64,000 bases of DNA from the NCBI RefSeq assembly GCF_009914755.1, contig NC_060925.1; one strand, written 5' to 3'. A program made the position numbers and the translations under genes. This DNA is from the human T2T-CHM13v2.0 reference genome, Homo sapiens. Each line of letters starts with the position of its first letter. Position 1 is the stretch's first letter. Shown piece by piece: positions 46,089 to 62,476 of this stretch. The notes under the pieces are model-generated. The model saw nothing but the letters and a program-made list of their open reading frames with translations. It was not told where the DNA came from and searched no databases.

Positions 46089-49000
46089 GCCTCCATTATT
46101 ATACATTGTCCCCAACAATACTTACCATCTCACTAAAACTGCTATTTTCTCTGCAATGGGGGCACATCTTTCCTCAATTTTTAGCACTCAAGTAAATAGT
46201 GTGGCTTAGTGTAATAAAGACCCTCTTTAGCACCCCCTTCATCCATTTTACTTCCAACAAGAAGCCTAGTTCCCAGGTAATAAAACGTCATTTGTCCTGG
46301 GATCTGCCTCACTTGGTATTCCTTGGTGTCAAATTGTGTCACTCTAGGAACAATTCTAGTTTTCCTTACATAAAAATTACTGAATGCTCTTTTCAGAATT
46401 GTAACTATTTTTTTAGGACAAATATGTAACTTCCTCAAGGTCCAAGCAAGTATATGATGGCTTACAACATAATCTTCACAATATATGACCAATAAACAGA
46501 GTTCACAGTTTCTAATTTGGAATTGTGGCCATTTCTCAGGTCATTTTTTTCTCTAGTTATAATTCTTTTTATTGACTTAGTTGATTTTGTAGGAAAGAAA
46601 GTTAAAAATTCCTTGATTCCCTTATCAATAAATCGAGTTCTATTCTTAAAAATTAAAAAAAAAAGAAGGTAAAGCAAGATGGGCTAATAGAAGCCTTCAC
46701 CAATTGCCTCCCCACCCCATACATACACAGGAACAGTAAATTTAACAAGTATCTACACACACACAAAAGCACCTTCCTAAGAACCAAAAATCAAGTGAAC
46801 AATCTCACAGCACCTGAGATCACTGGTGCTGTGATCACTGATGCTGTGATAACTTTGTATCACTGAAAGAACCACTGAAGAAGGTAAGAAAGACAGCCTC
46901 GAATCACCAACACCATCCTGCCCCTATCCCCCAGCAGTGGCCATGTAGCATGAAGAATTTGGGGGAGGGAGAATGCATTGAGTGTGGGACCCTGCACTGA
47001 ACTCAGTGCTGCCCTGTCACAGCAGAAAGCAACACTAGGCTAAACTCAGCCAACAACTCACCCATGGGAGGAACATTTAGACCAGCCCTAGCTAGAGGGG
47101 AATTGCCACTCATCCTGGTGGTTGGAACTTGAGTTTTGGCAAGCCTCACCACTGCGGGCTAAAGTGCTCTGGGGTTCTAAATAAATTTAAAAGGAAGTCT
47201 AGGCCACAAGGACTGCAATTCTGAGGCAAGTCCTAGTGCTATGCTGGGCTCAGAGCCAGTGGATGTCAGGGGTATGGAACCTAGTGAGACATTTGTTTTA
47301 GGCAGCCAGGAAGGCTAACGGAGTGCTTGTGCCATGCCTCCCCCGATCCTAAGCAGCACAGCTCGTAGCAACAAGGTGCCTCTTTCCTTCTGCTTGAAGA
47401 GAGGAGAGGGAAGAATAAAGAGGACTTTGTCTTGCATCTTGGATACCAGCTTCCCCACAGAAAAATATGGCAATGGACAAGAGTCGAGCAGCCTACCTCT
47501 TGGATAACATATCTAGACACACCCTGGGCCAGGAAGGAACCCATTGCCTTGAAGGAAAGGACCTAGTCCCGGCAGGATTCATTACCTGCTGACTAAACAG
47601 CACTTGAGCACTAAAGAACCAGCAGCAATACCATAAATAGCATGTCGTGGGCCTGGGGAGAGATTCTGGGATGTGCTGGCTTCAGGTGAGACCTAGCACA
47701 TTCTGAGGTATGGTAGCTACTATGAGAGATTCCTTCTACTTGAGAAAAGCAGAGGGAAAATTTAAAGAGGCTTGGTCTTTCACCTTAGTTACCATCTCAG
47801 CCACAGTGAGGTAGAGCACCATGCAGGCTCTTAGGGTTCCTGATTCCAGGACTTGGCCCTTGGATGGCATTTCTGGACTTGCCCTGTGCCAGAAGGGAGC
47901 CCATTGCCCTGAAGGGTAAGTCCCAGGCCTGGCAGCATTCATGACAAACTGACTGAAGAGCACTTGGACCTTAAGTGCACATTGGTGATAGCCTAGTAAT
48001 ACCTACCATTGTTCCGTCATGGTGGTGACCACAGCAAGAGGCTCCTCTGCTTATGGAAAGGAGAGGAAAGAGTGGGAAGAACTTCATCTTATTTGGTAGA
48101 ATAAAGAAGCAGGTAGATTTCTTAGGTTTTTGACTCTAGTCCTTGGCTTCTATATGGCATCTCTGGACCCACCTGAAGCTTGGGAGAACTCACCACCCTG
48201 AAGGGAAGGACATGAGCCTGGCTGACTTCACCACCTGCTGATTGTAGAGGTTTAGGGCCTTCAGCAAACATAGGCAGTAGCCAGGGAGTGGTTATGTCAG
48301 GCTTTAGGTGAGACACAGTGCTGTGCTGGCTTTAGGTATGACCCAGTACAGTCCCAGTGGTGGTAGCCACAGGGTTGCTTGTGTCATTTCAACCCCAGCT
48401 CCAGGTGGCTCATAACAGAGAGAGAGAGAGAGAGACCTTGTTTCTTCAGGAGAAAGCAAGGGATGGATGGGGACAAGAGTGTCTGCCTGGTAATCCAGAG
48501 AATTCTTCCTAACCCTATCCAAGACTGACAAAGTGGTACCTCTATGAGTCTGCAGGAACCATAGCATTACTGGACTTTGAGTACCCACTGATACAGATAT
48601 GGCATAGATCACAACACCCAAGTCCTTTCAAATACCTGGAAAGCCTTCCCAAGAAGGATGGGTACAAACAGACCCAGACTGCGAAGACTACAATAAATGC
48701 CTAACCTTTCAGTAGTACCCAGACACTGAAGAGCATCCACAAGCATCAGTACCATCCAGGAAAACATGATGTCATCAAATGAAATAAATAAGGCACCAGG
48801 AACCAATCTTGGAGAAACAGAGATATGTGACCTTTCAAACAGAATTGAAAATAGCTGTTTTGAGGAAACTCAAAGAAATTCAAGATAACACAGAAAAGGG
48901 ATTCAGAATTTTATCAGATACATTTAACGAAGGGATTGGAATAATTAAAAAGAATCAAGCAGAAATTCTGGAATTGAAAAATGCAAATGGCATACTAAAG

Positions 49001-49211
49001 AATGCATCAGAGTCTCCTAACAGCAGAATTGATGAAGCAGAAGAAAGAATTAGTAAGCTTGAAGACAGGCTATTTGAAAATACAGTCAGAGAAGACAAAA
49101 GAAAAAAAAAAAACAATGAAGTACACCTACAAGATCTAGAAAATAGACTCGAAAAATCAAATCTAAGAGTTATTGGCCTTAAAGAGGAGGTAGAGAAAGA
49201 TATAGGAGTAG

Positions 49212-49733
<522 letters not shown>

Positions 49734-49744
49734 CTGTATGACTT

Positions 49745-49750
49745 AATAAA
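49745..49750 (+). terminator. Polyadenylation signal AATAAA of the retrocopy
   Basis: Canonical hexamer 11 nt before the A-tract. Confidence 0.8.
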
Positions 49751-52190
49751 AGACATGAACTAAAAAAAAAAAAAAAAAAAGAAAGAAAGTTTATTCAAAG
49801 GGATAATAACAGAGAACTTCCCAAACATAGAGAAAGATATAAATATCCAAGTACAGGAAGGTTATAGAACACCAAGCAGATTTAACCCAAAGAAGACTAA
49901 CTCAATGCATTTAATAATTAAACTCCCAAAGGTCAAAGATAAAGAAAATATCCTGAAAGCAGCAAGAAAAAATAAACAAATAACATAAAATGGAACTCAA
50001 ATAATTCTGGCAGCAGACGTTTCAGTGGAAACCTTATGAGCCAGAAGAGTTGCATGAAAAATTTAAAGTGCTGAAGGAAAAAAACTTTTACTCTAAAATA
50101 ATATATCCATTGAAAATATCCTTCAAATATGAAGGATAAATAAAGACTTTCCCAAACAAAAATTGAGGGATTTCGTCAACACTAGACCTGTTCTACAAAA
50201 AAAATGCTGAAGGAAGTTTTTCAATCAGAAGGAAAAAAATGTTAACAACCAATAAGAATCATCTGAAGGTACACAACTCACTGGTAATGGTACACAGAAT
50301 ATTATAACACTGTAATTGTGGTGTATAAACTAATCTTAAGTAGAAAGACTAAACAATGAACTGATCAAAAATAATAAATACAATAACTTTTCAAAACACA
50401 AACAGCACAATAAACTATAAATAGAAATAACAAAAAGTTAAAAGTGTGGGGACAAAGTCAAAATGTAGAGTTTTTATTAGTTTTCTTTGCATTTGTTTGT
50501 CTCTGCACTCAGTGTTAAGTTCTCATCAGTTTAAAGTAATGGATCACAAGATAGTATTTGCAAGCCTCATGGTAACCTCAAATAAAAAAAACATACAACA
50601 GATACACAAAAAATAGAAAGCAAAAAGTTAAATCATACCACAAGAGAAAATCACCTTCACTAAAAGGAAGATAGGAAGGAAAGAAAGAAGAAAGGGAAGA
50701 CCACAAAACAACCAGAAAACAAATAACAAAATGGCAGGAGTAAGTCCTTACTTATCAATAATAATGTTGAATGTAAATGAACTAAATTCTCAAAAGACAT
50801 AGAGTGACTGAATGAATTAAAAAAAAAAAACAAAAAAACTAAGACCCACTGATCTGTTGCCTACAAGAAACACACTTCACCTTCAAAGACACACATAGGC
50901 TGCAAATAAAGGGATGGAAATAGATATTCCATGCCAACAGAAACAAACACACACAAAAAAAGAGCAGGAGTAACTACACTTTATATCAGACAAAAGAGAT
51001 TTCAAGACAAAAAACTGTAAGAGAGACAAAGAAAGTTATTATATAATGATAAACGGGTCAATTCAGCAAGAGGATATAACAATTGTAAATATATATATAC
51101 CCAACACTGGAACACTCAGATAGATAAAGCAAATATTATCAGAGAAAGAGAGAGAGCCTCCAATACAATAACAGCTGGTGACTTCATCACCTCACTTTCA
51201 GCATTGGACAAATCTTCCAGACAGAAAATTAACAAAGAAATATTGAACTTAATTTGCACTACAGACCAAATGGGCTTAATTGATATTTACCAAATATTTC
51301 ATCCATCAGCTGCAGAATACACATTCTTCTCTTCAGCACATGGGTCATTCTCAAGAGTAGGCCATATGTTAAGTCACAAAAATATCTTAAAGCATTCAAA
51401 AAATTTGAAATAATATCAAACCTCTTCTCTGCCCACAAATGGAATAAAACTACAAATCAATAACAAGAGAAATTTAGGAAACTACACAAACACACAGAAA
51501 TTAAACAATATGCTCCTGAATGATCTGTGGGTCAATGAAGATATTAAGAAGGAAATTGAAAAATGTCTTGAAACAAATGATAATGGAAACGCAATATACT
51601 AAAACCTATAGGATACAGCAAAAGCAGTACTAAGAGAAAAATTTATGTTTATAAGCACCTACAGCAAAAAAAGAAGGAAAACGTCAAATACATAGCCTAA
51701 CAATGCATCTTAAAGAACTACAAAAGCAAGATAAAACCAAAGACAAGATTAGTAGAAGAAAATAAATACTAAAGATCAGAGGAGAAACAAATGAAATTGA
51801 TACAAAGAAAACAATACAAAAGATCAATGAAATGAAAAGTTGTTTTCATATAAGATAAACAAAATTGACAAACCTTTAGCCAGAATAAGAAAAAGAGATG
51901 ACCCAAATGAATAACATCAGAGTTTAAAAAGAAGCCATTAAAACCAATAACACAGAAATCCAAAGGATTTCTGCCTACTATGAGCAACTATATACTAATA
52001 AGTTGAAAAATCTAGAAGAAATGTGTAATTTCCTAGACACATAAAACCTACCAGGATTGAAGCATGAATAAATCCCAAACCTGAACAGACCAATAACAAG
52101 AAACAAGATTGAAGCCATAATAAAAAGTCTCTCAGCAAAGAAAAGCCCAGGACCTGATGGCTTCTCTGCTAAACTCTACCAACCATTTAA

Positions 52191-52706
<516 letters not shown>

Positions 52707-52980
52707 TTAAAAAAGAACTAATACCAATCCTACTCAAACTAATCTCAAAAATAAAGGAGGAGGGAATACTTCCAAACTCATTCTATGAGGTCATATTACC
52801 CTGATGCCAAAACCATCAAAGACACACCAGAAAAAAGAAAACTACAGAGCAATATCCCTGATGAATATGGTTACGAAAATCTTCAACAAAATACTAGCAA
52901 ACCAAGCTCAACAACATATTTAAAAGATCATTCATCACGAGCAAGAGGGATTTATCCCAGGGATGCAAGGATGGTTCAAC

Positions 52981-54677
<1,697 letters not shown>

Positions 54678-56188
54678 TCAAGGGATCTGAGATAAAGAAA
54701 ATTAAGTGTCCAGAAAATTAAACCATATTTTAATGTTACAATAGCCAGAAGAGAGAAAGTTCATATTTTTTAACAATAGTACCCTTTTCACAAAAGTGCA
54801 CACAATATTTTTGTGAGTCAGATTTATGTTGTCTTGAGAATTTAAAGGAACATTTTGACCTAGAGTACATAATATCTTAAAACTACATCACAACTCAATT
54901 TTTAATACTTTTTATTAATCTTCTATAAAATGGTACATTTCTAAAATAATGACAATGTTTTAATTAATGGAAGGCTTTCAATATTAATATTTATTATGGT
55001 TTCCAATTAAATATTTTCAAATGCTTAATATTTTTATTTATTCTCTTTTTATAAAACTAACTTCTCGAGTTTCTATTATTCAATACTAGATTATATAATC
55101 AAGCTTGAAACTAATAATCATGTCAGCTTCCTGGAGTTTATTATAATTAATTTTTAAATACACTGTGCCAAATGTTAGAATTGTTTAACAGAGAAAGTAA
55201 TGTAATAAAAATGCTGAACTAAATATCATCACTAATTCCAAATCAATAATGGAAAATAATTCCAAATGACCTATGAATAGTGTCACTTGTGATTAATATC
55301 TGGTTTTTCCCCTGATTTTTTTTATCATGCCCGTAAGGTAATAAGCCAGAAACCAGACAGCCTTCCCCAAAATATCACATGTTCCCCAAAACATGGGAAG
55401 AAGTTCTTTGTTACGGACTAAAAGTTGACCCATCTTTGGTATTTACCCTTATATTGCTTCATTTTTCATCTGTTATAGTAGATCAAGTCAAGTCCGATTA
55501 TGAAGCCTTCATTTATCTAAAAGTTCCACTGATTATTTGCTGCTGTACATGTGACTGAAGAACACATTTACTTAATATCAAAACTTTCCCTCTGTTTCTC
55601 ATGTCAGAAAGTACCAAGTAAGGAAATGGAAAATCATAACAGTAGGAGACTGCTTGCCAAAATTAGCGAATGTGAATTACAATGACACTCCAGATCCAAA
55701 AATAGACTGAATTTTAATTATTTCCTTTGAAGGAAAATAAAATAACAATGATATCTAAATATATGTCTCAAATAAGGCATCTGTTTTCAGGAAATAAGAA
55801 ATAATAGAGTACTATTTGAAAATGCTTCCTGGTACCCAGTCAGGCTGTATCATAAACAACCACATTTGGAATCTCTGCTTCAGGCATTGCAAGGAGCCAG
55901 AACAGAGTGAACTTGTCAGAATAGAGTATCTACGTCTCCTATTCTACTCCTTTTATTCTCTCCACATAAATAACACACACAAGAAATTTAGATCTCACAA
56001 ATAGGTGCTAAAAGGGTCAGCTCTCAACAATATGCATTTTATCATAAACACTGCATGGTTTTAATTCCTACCAACCAACTCAGTTCGACATTGAACCAGT
56101 CTTGACGTAATATTAGGGGAGCTAAATTATTCTTTGAGCTTCACTTCTGCTCGGAAAGATTGAAGAGTCTATTCATGACAACACTTGA

Positions 56189-56498
<310 letters not shown>

Positions 56499-56899
56499 CA
56501 AAATTGTTTTCTAATCCTCCCTGTGAATGGATGCCGTATGGACACCAAGCTGCCATGCGCACCTCTTGAGGCACACACTGACAAATGGGGCTTATTCCTC
56601 AGAACCAGACAACGATCCAAAACGTATTCAAGCTGGTGTCAACTTATACCATGGCTGTTTCTCACAAGTTTATTATAGAGTTATGGTCAGAGTTCCTGTT
56701 GAAAAACTTCATAAAGTTGTTGCTTTCTATTGTCGATTAAATCCCCACAAGAAAAAAAAAATAGAGAGTAAATTCCCAGCTTGATAATTTCACTAACTTT
56801 TACAATGACATTCTCCAGAATGTATATTAAGACTGTGGCCCAGTGTACCCTCCTTTCCACACTCCAAGAAAGTATCCAAATAGTGTACAATTGAAGGGC

Positions 56900-57125
56900 T
56901 TACGCTTGCACAGGCCTGGGTACAAAGCCATCCTCTGGAGTCCGGCTGCCCAGTTCAAATCCTGGCTCAGAAAATGACCAGTTCTGTGACCATGAGGAAG
57001 CTCTTTAGTCTCCATACCTTGGTTCTTCCAAATGTATGGGAAAATGAGGACCATAATGGAATTGTTCTGAAGATTAAATGAAATTGCCCACATAAAACCA
57101 TTAGTAAAGTGACTGAAACAGCACA
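56900..57125 (+). mobile_element. MIR
   Basis: ctctggagtc..gttcaaatcctggctc..ctgtgacc..gaagattaaatga. Confidence 0.7.
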
Positions 57126-57757
57126 ATGTTTCTCCCTCATGTATCTTTTTCATTTTTATTCTACAAGTCTTGCCATAAAATCTATGGAATACAAGATGTA
57201 CAACTCAAGTTATGTTGTATGTGATTAAATTGGCAAACTAGAGGAGGCAAAATCTGCATGATTCTTAACTAATTTGGTTCTTTTAAACAAATACCAAAGT
57301 GTACTGTCTATGGAGGAACTCTAAGGGGCAAAAGCAACTGCTTTCTTCTGTGTGTACTGGAGCTAACAGAATGCTTCAGGATGCTCAGTCATAGTGGGAG
57401 AAACGATGCATTCAATAATGCTTTTCTCAAAAATCAGAGAAAACATTTGTATTTTAAGTGGTATCCTAAATCAATTTTTGCAGCGTATTTTTAATAAATC
57501 AGCTTTGAAAAGCCCTCTATTGTTTAAATAATAGACAATATGAGCCCTGTGCTTACCAAGACAATCATTCACTTATGTACCAGTTTAATTTCAACATCAT
57601 AATTATTCTGGCATTAATTCAATAGAAGCTCTTTCTCCTTTACATGAGGTGTGATACTTAAATCTTACTAAATTATAACAATAATTAAAATAGGGAAAAA
57701 TATTGTATACTGTTCAACCTATAATAAATACACTAAAATATCAGTTACTTGTCTATC

Positions 57758-57920
57758 TTTTTTTTAGAGGTAGGGGTCTCACTTTGTTGCCCAGGCGGGA
57801 GTGCTATGGATATTCACAGATGTGATCACAGCCTATTACAGACTGGAACTCCTGGATCAAGTAATCCTCCTGCCTCTGCCTCCCAACTAGCTGGAACTAC
57901 AGCATGCCACGGCACCCAGC
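57758..57920 (-). mobile_element. FAM (fossil Alu monomer)
   Basis: Single monomer retaining the 7SL-type tattcacag..gatc segment that Alu arms lack. Confidence 0.75.
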
Positions 57921-58249
57921 TATGTGTGTCTAATTTTTAATGGCCCATTGATGAGTAAATTCCATGTCATTGTTCCAGCAGATCCCTGAGTCACTGTAGC
58001 TTCATGACTGAGAATTAAGGCCAAGCCAAATTCCTCCTAAGACACTACATAATCGCATGTCTGACCCTCTCCCCAAACTGCAACATATACAAATGATGAA
58101 CTCAAGAATCACGGCACTCTCTGCTTAAAGATTACCATAACCCTTTCCAAATTAACAGCATGCTCAAATGTTTTGCAAAATTCTAACACAATGAAACCTA
58201 CAGAGGCTCATTCATATTTTTTGTGAAAAAAATAATGTAACAAATTCCA

Positions 58250-58440
58250 GATTATGAAAAGAGCATGAGACTGAAAGACCGAAAGTTCAAATTCTAATCC
58301 CAGTTTATCATTAACTTGATGAGTGACATTGAGTAAAAGCACCTGACCTCGCTGTACCTCAACTTCCCTATCTTAAAAGGTGAACGTTATAGTACTTGTC
58401 CTACTACTGTACCTGGTTGTTGACCAAATTAAATATAATA
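58250..58440 (+). mobile_element. MIR (another at ~59040-59160)
   Basis: gttcaaattc..gagtgacattgagtaa..ctgtacctcaacttccctatct. Confidence 0.6.
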
Positions 58441-59416
58441 AATCATATTTAATTTATTTTCAAATATATATATATTTCAAGTATATATTTATTTTCAAAC
58501 CATGCATACATTTGAAAATTGTGTTGTACAAATGTAAAATATTGCTGTCAATTTTCTTAGAACATTTTCATTCCCTCTATAACACGTCTCTGTTACCAAC
58601 CATATCATTGCATGATGTTCTCCTAAGAACTCTTTATTCTTACCAATGACCCCAAGAGTTGTAATGCTGCATTGTAAAAAATTGCCATTTAAGGATATTT
58701 TTAAAGTAACAAATTGGCATTTCAGCCATCTATCTATAATGTAATATGATATAATATAATCTTGTTGTTTCCCACTTTCTGTAAATATTATCTTCCAGCA
58801 TTTCCTGGAAAGGAGTATTTAATTTCTAAATTTTACTGATTACAGTTGTATTTCACAGAAAAATGACATAAGAGAATACAGAATTAGCTTAATATGAAAA
58901 TGTTTTCTGGGCCAGGGATTTGGATCTCAAGTTGCAGGTGTGAAAATTCTCATTTTCTTTTTTGGTTTTTTGTTTTTTCAATGTCTTATTCTAACACACC
59001 AAACATATGTATGAAGAGAAAAAACAGGTAAATAACAGACAGTATGGTAGCAAAAGCCTGGCTTTGTAGCTGCTGATTTCAAGTCTGGCTTTACTACTTA
59101 CCAGCAAAGGGTAAATCATTTCACCTTGCTTAATCTAAGTTTCCCCATAGGTAAAATAGATACACATTTTATATAACAGTTATAAAGTTTAGAAATACAG
59201 CCAAAACATCTAGTTTTCATAAAGTTGGGAAACAGTATCATATGATATTCCAAATGAAACACTGAGCACTTATGTGTTCCAATGAAAAGAAACCTTCTTT
59301 TCTTCAGGCTCCAACTCTCTTAGCCCTTTAAGCTTCAGCATCTTCAGAGTTACTTGTTCATATCCCAGGGTTGATGCTGGTTATTCTTGACAGCTGCAAA
59401 AAGAGCAGAAACTGCA

Positions 59417-59715
59417 CCACCAGGCATGGTGTCTCACGCCTGTAATCCCAGCACTTTGGGAGGCCAAGGAGGTGGATCACCTGAGGTCAGGAGTTCGAGA
59501 TCAGCCTGGCCAACATGGTGAAACCCTGTCTCTACTTAAAAATACAAAAATTAGCCAGGCGTAGTGGAGGGCACCTGTAATCCCAGCGACTCAAGAGGCT
59601 GAGTCAGGAGAATCACTTGAACCCAGGAGGCAAAGGTTGCAGAGATTGCACCATTGTTACTCCAGCCTGGGCAATAATAGTGAAACTCCCTCTAAAAAAA
59701 AAAAAAAAAAAAAAA
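59417..59715 (+). mobile_element. AluS (Sx/Sq)
   Basis: Alu dimer with long A-tail. TSD core cagaaactg. Confidence 0.92.
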
Positions 59716-61499
59716 TCAGAAACTGAGATGGATGATATTCTGGGAGGAGGACTTAACTTCTTGCTCAAATACTGACCACTCCAGCAACAGGTTTCCCATG
59801 AACTACCATATTTTCCTGCCACCCAGGAATTAGCACATCTCCATTTTGCTGTGGGGGTCCAATCCTGAGGTCCAGCAATTGCTCCCACAGAGAAAGGAGA
59901 GAGCTCTGAGTTATAACCTGTTAAAAAAAAAAAAAGCAAAGAATAACAAGAGGAGAGGTTGGTGATCTAGGAACAAGATCGTTGGTGACCCAAAGTGACC
60001 TTAGTGCTGTGTAATGACATGGCTGTTGCTACAGTGACCATCTGCCATAAAGATGAGGCTTGGCAAAGAACATCTCTCGGTGCCTCCCATTTCATTGTCC
60101 CTAAAGTAGAAGCTGAGTGTCATCATTTGTTAAAATTGGGGAAGCCTCCGAGGTGTGGGTTCATCAGAACAATAGCCACTGTTGCCTGTGGTCACAGTCA
60201 CTGAAGCTGGGGTCCTGGTCACTACTCCAACAGCTGGGAGGCAGCCCCTAGCAATTTCCTCAGGATATAGTAATTCCTCAAGGTTTGATAAATGCTCCTT
60301 CTCTAAAAGACAGGTTCAGACAGGAGCATTTCATGACAAAATTGGCCTGAGTACAAAGTGTGATAAGGTCTTTGATTCACTATCAAAGACACTCATCGCC
60401 TCAGAACCAGTGCTTCCTTTCTACCTTAAGCTCGTGAGGCAGAGCCTCGCCCACTGGCCACATCCAGTCCAAGGATAAATTCACTCTCAGGATCCTCACT
60501 GCTCTTTCTTACAATCAAGCTGCAATAAAGTTTACATGAGTTCATTAAAAATGTTAAATAACTTTGAATTTCAAAAGGATTGAATCAGTGTGGGCCCCTT
60601 TCCTTGGAGAAAGCTCCTCTACATCTGTGTAAATTTATGGATACAGACGGATTCTAGAATGGAGGGTTTCTTCCAGTGCCCCCCAGGAAGGAACTAAACT
60701 CTATAGTCCAACAGGTACAAGAGAAGTGGAGTAAAATCTACTCCCTACATTCTAAGCAGATACGCTGGCACAGCTAAAATGGCTTTTTCAAAGACAATAT
60801 ATATAAAATGTCCTGCACATCACACATAAGTGTTCAACAAAAGGTAGTTATTGTTATTAGAAACATAATAGCACAGTGTGCAGTTTCTGCTGGGCACCTC
60901 CCTAACTGGATATAGGAATAACCACGTAGAATGTCAATCAGCATTTAGTTTTCTTTCTTTAGCCTCCTACGTATTAATTGAAAAATCAGAGCTGAGATCA
61001 GTACAACACAGACTTTTATAATAGTCCAAGTTAAATTCTTTCTATTTTTCCCATCTCTAAATTTTCCTTTTGCAAGTACACAACCATAATGTGTTGACTA
61101 ATAACATAAAATGATAACAGTGTGTCTTCTTGTCAGTAAGCAGAACTGTTCTGCCTGTAAAGATTCTCGAAAAAGAAAAAAAAAGGCAAAGCTCATAAAG
61201 GTAGGATAAATTGAAATCAAAGGCTTGTAGCTTGTGTATACCCTCCTCAGTCCCTTACAACCAAAACAGAAGACCACACACTTCTTTTAATCCTAGGTCT
61301 AGAGGCTGAATCCTAACTCCCTTTCATTTGTCCAAATAGACTGGAAGACAGAAGGTACTCAATAATAAAATACGCTTAATCAATTGGAATCTAACTGGCA
61401 TCGGCATTCCAGGCTCTGGTCCACTCTGGAGATATAGAAGAAAGTGGCTAACAAGGACACATACCCACAGCTCTGTTTCACAAAATGCATAAAATATAA

Positions 61500-61755
61500 T
61501 AATAATAACAGCTCACACTTACATAACACTTACTGTGTGCCAGGCATTGCTCGAAGCAGTGTGTGTGTGTGTGTGTGTGTGAATGAGTGTGTATCATATA
61601 ATCTTGACAATTCTATGAGAAAGTTGCTATTAATTCCCATCTTTACAGATTGGAAAATCAAGCCTCCTAGGTCACACAGCTTAAAAATGGCAAAGCTGAC
61701 ATTTAAACTCGGGCCATCTGAGCTTTGGAGTCTGTGCTTTTAACCACTACACCCT
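61500..61755 (-). mobile_element. MIR containing (TG)n at 61560-61581
   Basis: acttactgtgtgccaggca..cccatctttacagat..ggtcacacagct. Confidence 0.75.
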
Positions 61756-62101
61756 ACCACCTAAAGTGGACGTTTACCCAAGAATGACATCAGTTGGAAG
61801 GCCCTCCTCAAATCATTTCCCCTGAAGTGTCACCAGAGAAAGTTTTACCATTTCTGAGGACAGTGGTGGTGTTGTTATCTCCTCTTCCTTCAGGTGATCC
61901 TGGGGCCTAAGGATTTTTCAGATTTGCAGTGTCTGCAGTTCACAGTGGCAGAGTTCTTGTGTGACTCCATGCAGTTCAAAGATTGAACTGGTCACTACTT
62001 AGGCATCAGTACAGTTTTGATGAGCTTTTCTGTGGGAAGCACTGCACTGAGTGCCAAGAACTTACAAAGGTATAGGGAGAGAGGTCTTTGTGCTCAGACA
62101 C

Positions 62102-62476
62102 AGCTGTAGACGCAATTGTATCCCTGCAAAAATCTGTAAGTTGAAGCCCTAATTCCCAATGTGATGAGAACTGGGATGGAGTCTTTGGAAAGTAATTAGG
62201 TTTAGATGAGCTCCTAAGGGTGGGATCCCCATGATGGGATCAGTGCCCTTATAAGAAGAGATACCAGAAAGCTTCCTCACTCTGTCTCTCCTTGTGCCAT
62301 ATAAGGACGAAGCAAGAAGGCAGCTGTCGGCAACCTAGGGAGAGAGGCCTCTCCAGAAACTGACCATGTCCAGGCCTTGGACTTCTAGTCTCCAAACTGT
62401 GAAAAAAACTAATTTATGTTGTTTAAGCCACCCAGTCTATGGTATATTGCTATGGTAGCCTGAGCTGACTTAGATA
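62102..62476 (+). mobile_element. MLT1A solo LTR
   Basis: gtgcccttataagaagag..tttaagccacccagtctatggta. 5-bp TSD gacac on both sides. Confidence 0.85.
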
